Assembly: GCA_963816355.1 (NCBI GenBank)
Contig: CAWFKH010000003.1
Span: 1,024,001-1,088,000 of the forward strand
DNA length: 64,000 bases
Origin: an uncultured Gemmatimonadales bacterium
Lineage (GTDB): Bacteria > Gemmatimonadota > Gemmatimonadetes > Longimicrobiales > RSA9
Direction of reading: 5' to 3'
This document shows positions 60,780-64,000 of the stretch, one piece after another. Below the pieces are notes generated by a model that made no database searches, had not been told where the DNA came from, and saw nothing but the letters and a program-made list of their open reading frames with translations. The position numbers were made by a program, and so were the translations under genes. Numbering within the stretch: the first letter of the stretch is position 1; every line of letters begins with the position of its first letter.

Positions 60780-60807
60780 GCTTCGTATAATATGCATTAT
60801 GTAAACT
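60780..60807 (+). other. dif: dif site (XerC/XerD chromosome dimer resolution)
   Basis: GCTTCGTATAA-TATGCA-TTATGTAAACT, an 11-6-11 structure. The right arm matches the B. subtilis dif arm as I recall it (TTATGTAAACT). Intergenic AT-rich island; KOPS polarity flips across it. Confidence 0.9.
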
Positions 60808-60939
60808 TGCCCACAGCCAGGATGTGGAGAACCCGCGCGATTTCCCCCTTCCCATTCCGCGACGCCGAACTGCGCCCGCACTGCGCGACCGCAGCGAGGC
60901 CCGACTTTCGTCCCCATCGCGGGGCGGGCGTTCGGGCGT

Positions 60940-61578
60940 TCAGCCGAAGATCGAAGGCGGGCGGCTCTTGCCGGTGACGGTCGCCAGCGCGCTCATCAGC
61001 TCGGCCTCGACCCTGGGGAGCGCGGCGTCGCGAGCGGCGCGGTCATCGAGCTGCGGGAAGCGGAGCGGCTGGCCGAAGCGGATGGTGAGCGGGCCGCGGC
61101 GCACACCGCCGCCCCAGCGCGGGAGGACTTCGTAGGCGCCGAGCACGGCGCACGGGATCACCGGGACGCCTGCCTTGAGGATGAGGCGGAGGGTCCCGAG
61201 ACGCGGGGGCTGCAGCCGACCATCCCAGCTCCGCTCCCCTTCGGGGTAGATGGAGACGACGGCCCCGCGCCGCAGAGTGCGCAGCGCGACGCGTACTGCC
61301 TGAGGGTCGACCTCGAAGCGGCGTACGGGAAAGGCCTCCAGGCGGCGGAGCAGCGGTCCGAAGAGTGGCGCGTCGAATTCGGTGCTCTTGGCCATGGCGT
61401 GGACGACGCGCGGGCAGAAGGCCTGCAGGATGGGCGCGTCGATGAAGCTCTCGTGGTTCGCGGCGAGGAGAGCGGGCCCGGAGGCTGGAACGTTCGCGAG
61501 GCCCTCGACCGCGACGCGGGTGGCGAAGACGCGGGTCGCGGCGCGCACGAGGCGCTGTGCGAAGCGGTAGAAGGTCAC
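60940..61578 (-). CDS. plsC: 1-acyl-sn-glycerol-3-phosphate acyltransferase (PlsC family)
   Basis: NHESFID, MAK, FPVRR, YPEGERS, PVIP; GTG overlaps the upstream stop. Confidence 0.88.
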   Translation of the reverse strand: MTFYRFAQRLVRAATRVFATRVAVEGLANVPASGPALLAANHESFIDAPILQAFCPRVVHAMAKSTEFDAPLFGPLLRRLEAFPVRRFEVDPQAVRVALRTLRRGAVVSIYPEGERSWDGRLQPPRLGTLRLILKAGVPVIPCAVLGAYEVLPRWGGGVRRGPLTIRFGQPLRFPQLDDRAARDAALPRVEAELMSALATVTGKSRPPSIFG

Positions 61579-62198
61579 GCGGAGGGTACGGTGACGAGGC
61601 GGGGCTGGAACTCCACGATCTCCCCCTTCCCCTCGCGGCTCCAGCGTTCCTGCAACAGGAGGTGGAGTGTCTCGTCCCAGAGGCGGAGCGACGCATCGAC
61701 GAGGCGGATCGAGACCAGCCGGCCCGCCTCGAAGCGGATCTGGAGCGAGCTCGAGCTGGCGACGACCGCCCCGATCGACGGCAGCGGCCACGCCGACGGC
61801 GTCCCCCGCGTCGGCTCGAAACGTACTTCCTCGCTCGTGAGCGACAGGAAGCCGTCACTCGGTTCGCCGAAGCGCTCGATCCGGCCCAGGTAGACGCCAC
61901 GCCGGCGCACCTCGCTGCGCCCCGTCGCGTGCCGCAGCGACGCGGCGTCGCGCAGGAGCATCCCAGCGGGAGCGGCGCCGCGCAGGGCCTCGAGGGTGGG
62001 CACGCCCTGGCGATCCGACCATTCCGCGGCCGTACGCGCGGCGAATTCCCCTCCCGTCGCTTCCACGATCACTTCGGCGCCCCGGCCGCGGCGGTAGACG
62101 CGACCGCACGCCACGCAGCGCCCTCTCCGGCCGTCCCTGCGCACGCCGCCAACCGCCTCGCATTCCGGGCAGCGCCAGAAGAGATCGTGCACGCCCAC
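61575..62198 (-). CDS. Zinc-ribbon plus PH-like domain hypothetical protein
   Basis: LFWRCPEC...RCVACG, then GFLSLTSEEVRF..WPL.SI...SSLQIR..W; translationally coupled to plsC. Confidence 0.7.
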   Translation of the reverse strand: MGVHDLFWRCPECEAVGGVRRDGRRGRCVACGRVYRRGRGAEVIVEATGGEFAARTAAEWSDRQGVPTLEALRGAAPAGMLLRDAASLRHATGRSEVRRRGVYLGRIERFGEPSDGFLSLTSEEVRFEPTRGTPSAWPLPSIGAVVASSSSLQIRFEAGRLVSIRLVDASLRLWDETLHLLLQERWSREGKGEIVEFQPRLVTVPSA

Positions 62199-62225
62199 GG
62201 CCGCTCCCCTGCCCCGGCGTACCGA

Positions 62226-62957
62226 CTAGAGACGGTTGAAGAGGTCGAGCAGGCGAAGATGCCACACGCGCCATACCGCCTCGATGATGATGCGGCGCGA
62301 CATCTTCGACTCACCCACGTCGCGGTCGACGAAGACGATCGGCACCTCTCCGATGCGAAAGCCGCGGCGCCAGGCGCGCAGGCTCATCTCGATCTGGAAC
62401 GCGTAGCCCTCGGAGCGGACGTGGTCGAGGTCGATCGCCTGGAGCACGGCGCGCCGAAAACATTTGTAGCCGCCCGTCGCGTCCGCGACCGGAAGACCGG
62501 TCACCGTGCGAGCGTACAGGTTCGCGAAGTAGGAGAGGAAGAGGCGCGAGATCGGCCAGTTGATGACGGTGACGCGGCCGTGCAGGTAGCGGGAACCGAG
62601 GACGACGTCGTATTCCTCGATCGCCTGGAGGAAGGTGGGCAGGTGGGCGGGGTCGTGGGAGAAGTCGGCGTCCATCTCGAAGAGGAAGGCGTAATCGCGC
62701 TCGAGGCCCCAGCGGAAGCCATCCAGGTAGGCGGTGCCGAGGCCGAGCTTTCCGCGCCGGTGCAGGACGTGGACGCGGGGGTCGGCCGCGGCGAGGCGGT
62801 CGGCGATCTCGCCGGTTCCGTCCGGGGAGGCGTCGTCGACGACGAGGACCTCGAGTCGCGGGTCCTGCTGCAACACGAGGCCGACGAGGCGCTCCAGATT
62901 GTCGCGCTCGTCGTAGGTCGGGACGATGACCAGGGCGCGGTCGGTTGGGTCACCCAT
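62226..62957 (-). CDS. Polyprenol monophosphomannose synthase (GT2, Ppm1/DPM1-like)
   Basis: IVPTYDE, VDDASPDGT, GLGTAY, EMDADFSH, GSRY, DATGGYKC, GYAFQIEM, F.DR..GESKM. Confidence 0.92.
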   Translation of the reverse strand: MGDPTDRALVIVPTYDERDNLERLVGLVLQQDPRLEVLVVDDASPDGTGEIADRLAAADPRVHVLHRRGKLGLGTAYLDGFRWGLERDYAFLFEMDADFSHDPAHLPTFLQAIEEYDVVLGSRYLHGRVTVINWPISRLFLSYFANLYARTVTGLPVADATGGYKCFRRAVLQAIDLDHVRSEGYAFQIEMSLRAWRRGFRIGEVPIVFVDRDVGESKMSRRIIIEAVWRVWHLRLLDLFNRL

Positions 62958-62985
62958 CGCGGGTTGAGAGTCGGGAAGCACCGAA

Positions 62986-63011
62986 TTAGCTTGAAAGGCT
63001 TGCAAAGCTAA
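62986..63011. promoter_or_regulatory. AT-rich inverted repeat in divergent promoter
   Basis: TTAGCTT-N12-AAGCTAA. Confidence 0.4.
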
Positions 63012-63034
63012 CGCCCTTCCCCGCTCAGCGACAA

Positions 63035-64000
63035 GTGAAAGCGCTCTACGTAGCGACGGCCTACCCGCGCGCACCGGAGGACGTGATCACGCCGTGGCTG
63101 GGCGAGACGATCCGGCGTCTCGGCGCGGCAGGGGTGGAGGTGGAGGTGCTCGCGCCCTCGTACCGGGGTCTCGCGGGCGGCGTCGTCGAGGGGGTGCGGG
63201 TGCACCGCTTCCGGTACGCACCCCGGCGGTGGGAGGACCTGACGCACGACCAGACGGCGCCGGACCGGATCCGGGAGCGGCCGGGATACCTCGCGCTCGT
63301 TCCCGGCTACATGGCGGCCGGCATGGCGGCCGCGGCACGGCTGGCGAGGCGCGGAGGGTTCGATCTGGTGCACGTCCACTGGCCGATGCCGCACGCGCTG
63401 TTCGGTCTGGCGGCGCGGCGCGCGGCGCGCATCCCGCTGGTGTGCTCCTTCCACGGCGTCGAGCTGACGTGGACCCGGCGCGACTGGCCCCTTCTCACGC
63501 CGCTGCTGCGCTACTTCATCCGGACGTCGGACGCGGTGACCGCCAATTCGACCTACACGGCCTCGATGATCCGGCGCGTCTATGACCGCCCGATGGTCCG
63601 CATCCCCTTCGGCACGTCGATCGACGTCGCCGATCGTCCCGCCGGCGGGGACGGCGCGGGCGCGTTCGAGCTCCTTTTCGTGGGCCGCCTGGTGGAGCGG
63701 AAGGGAGTGGTCCACCTTCTGGAGGCGCTGGCGCGCCTGCCCGCGAGCACGCCCGCGCGGTTGCGGGTGGTCGGCGAGGGTCCGCTGCGGCCGGCGCTGG
63801 AGCGGCGCGCCGCCGAGCTGGGATTGGAGGGGCGCGTCGCCTTCGACGGCTTCGTCGCGAGAGAGGTGCTGGAGGAACGCTACCGCGCCTGCGACGCGTT
63901 CGTGCTCCCCGCGGTGGTCGACGCGAAGGGGGACACCGAAGGGCTGGGCGTGGTGCTCGTGGAGGCGCTGTCGTATGGAAAGCCGGTGATCGCGAGCGGC
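63035..64000 (+). CDS. GT4 family glycosyltransferase (3' truncated by window; absent from the ORF track)
   Basis: GTG start; ATAYPR, HRFRYAP, HVHWPMP, FVGRLVERKG, TEGLGVVLVEALSYGKPVIAS. Confidence 0.9.
   Translation, partial: MKALYVATAYPRAPEDVITPWLGETIRRLGAAGVEVEVLAPSYRGLAGGVVEGVRVHRFRYAPRRWEDLTHDQTAPDRIRERPGYLALVPGYMAAGMAAAARLARRGGFDLVHVHWPMPHALFGLAARRAARIPLVCSFHGVELTWTRRDWPLLTPLLRYFIRTSDAVTANSTYTASMIRRVYDRPMVRIPFGTSIDVADRPAGGDGAGAFELLFVGRLVERKGVVHLLEALARLPASTPARLRVVGEGPLRPALERRAAELGLEGRVAFDGFVAREVLEERYRACDAFVLPAVVDAKGDTEGLGVVLVEALSYGKPVIASG

Noticed and set aside
60780..60807. loxP-like sequence (CTTCGTATAA)
   Set aside because: There is no 13-bp inverted arm pair; the 11-6-11 layout and TTATGTAAACT arm fit dif.

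Overview
High-GC, gene-dense chromosomal segment of a diderm bacterium. A Gemmatimonadota/FCB-type lineage is inferred from the lpxC-fabZ fusion, bshC, mcsAB-clpC and the BTAD-TM-TPR regulator. Positions 1-34.6 kb are a + strand run of mostly core genes: lolD, mcsA-mcsB-clpC, bamA-skp-lpxD-lpxC/fabZ-lpxA-gnnA-like-lpxB-DUF374-lpxK, nadB, rlmH, bshC, murJ, uvrC, gltX, larC, a TPR lipoprotein, DUF512-der-plsY-gpsA, merR-surE-pcm and apt. Positions 34.7-38.3 kb hold an accessory-looking module: dedA plus a membrane-anchored SARP/BTAD-TPR regulator, transcribed divergently from a 72-aa lipopeptide gene across an AT-rich spacer with a perfect 11-bp tandem repeat. This is my best candidate for an undescribed receptor/peptide signalling system. 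Next come tRNA-Arg(CCT), a TPM-nucleotidyltransferase-LemA operon, a complete ccmABCDEFGH operon, lgt, a minus-strand tamA-tamB-GWxTD-like-udg unit, a YfgM-like TPR gene and ligD. A clear 28-bp dif (XerCD) site lies at 60780-60807, with KOPS polarity switching across it, followed by lipid/glycosyltransferase genes. No transposase, integrase, prophage or CRISPR array was seen. All calls come from motif recognition by eye; no database searches were run.
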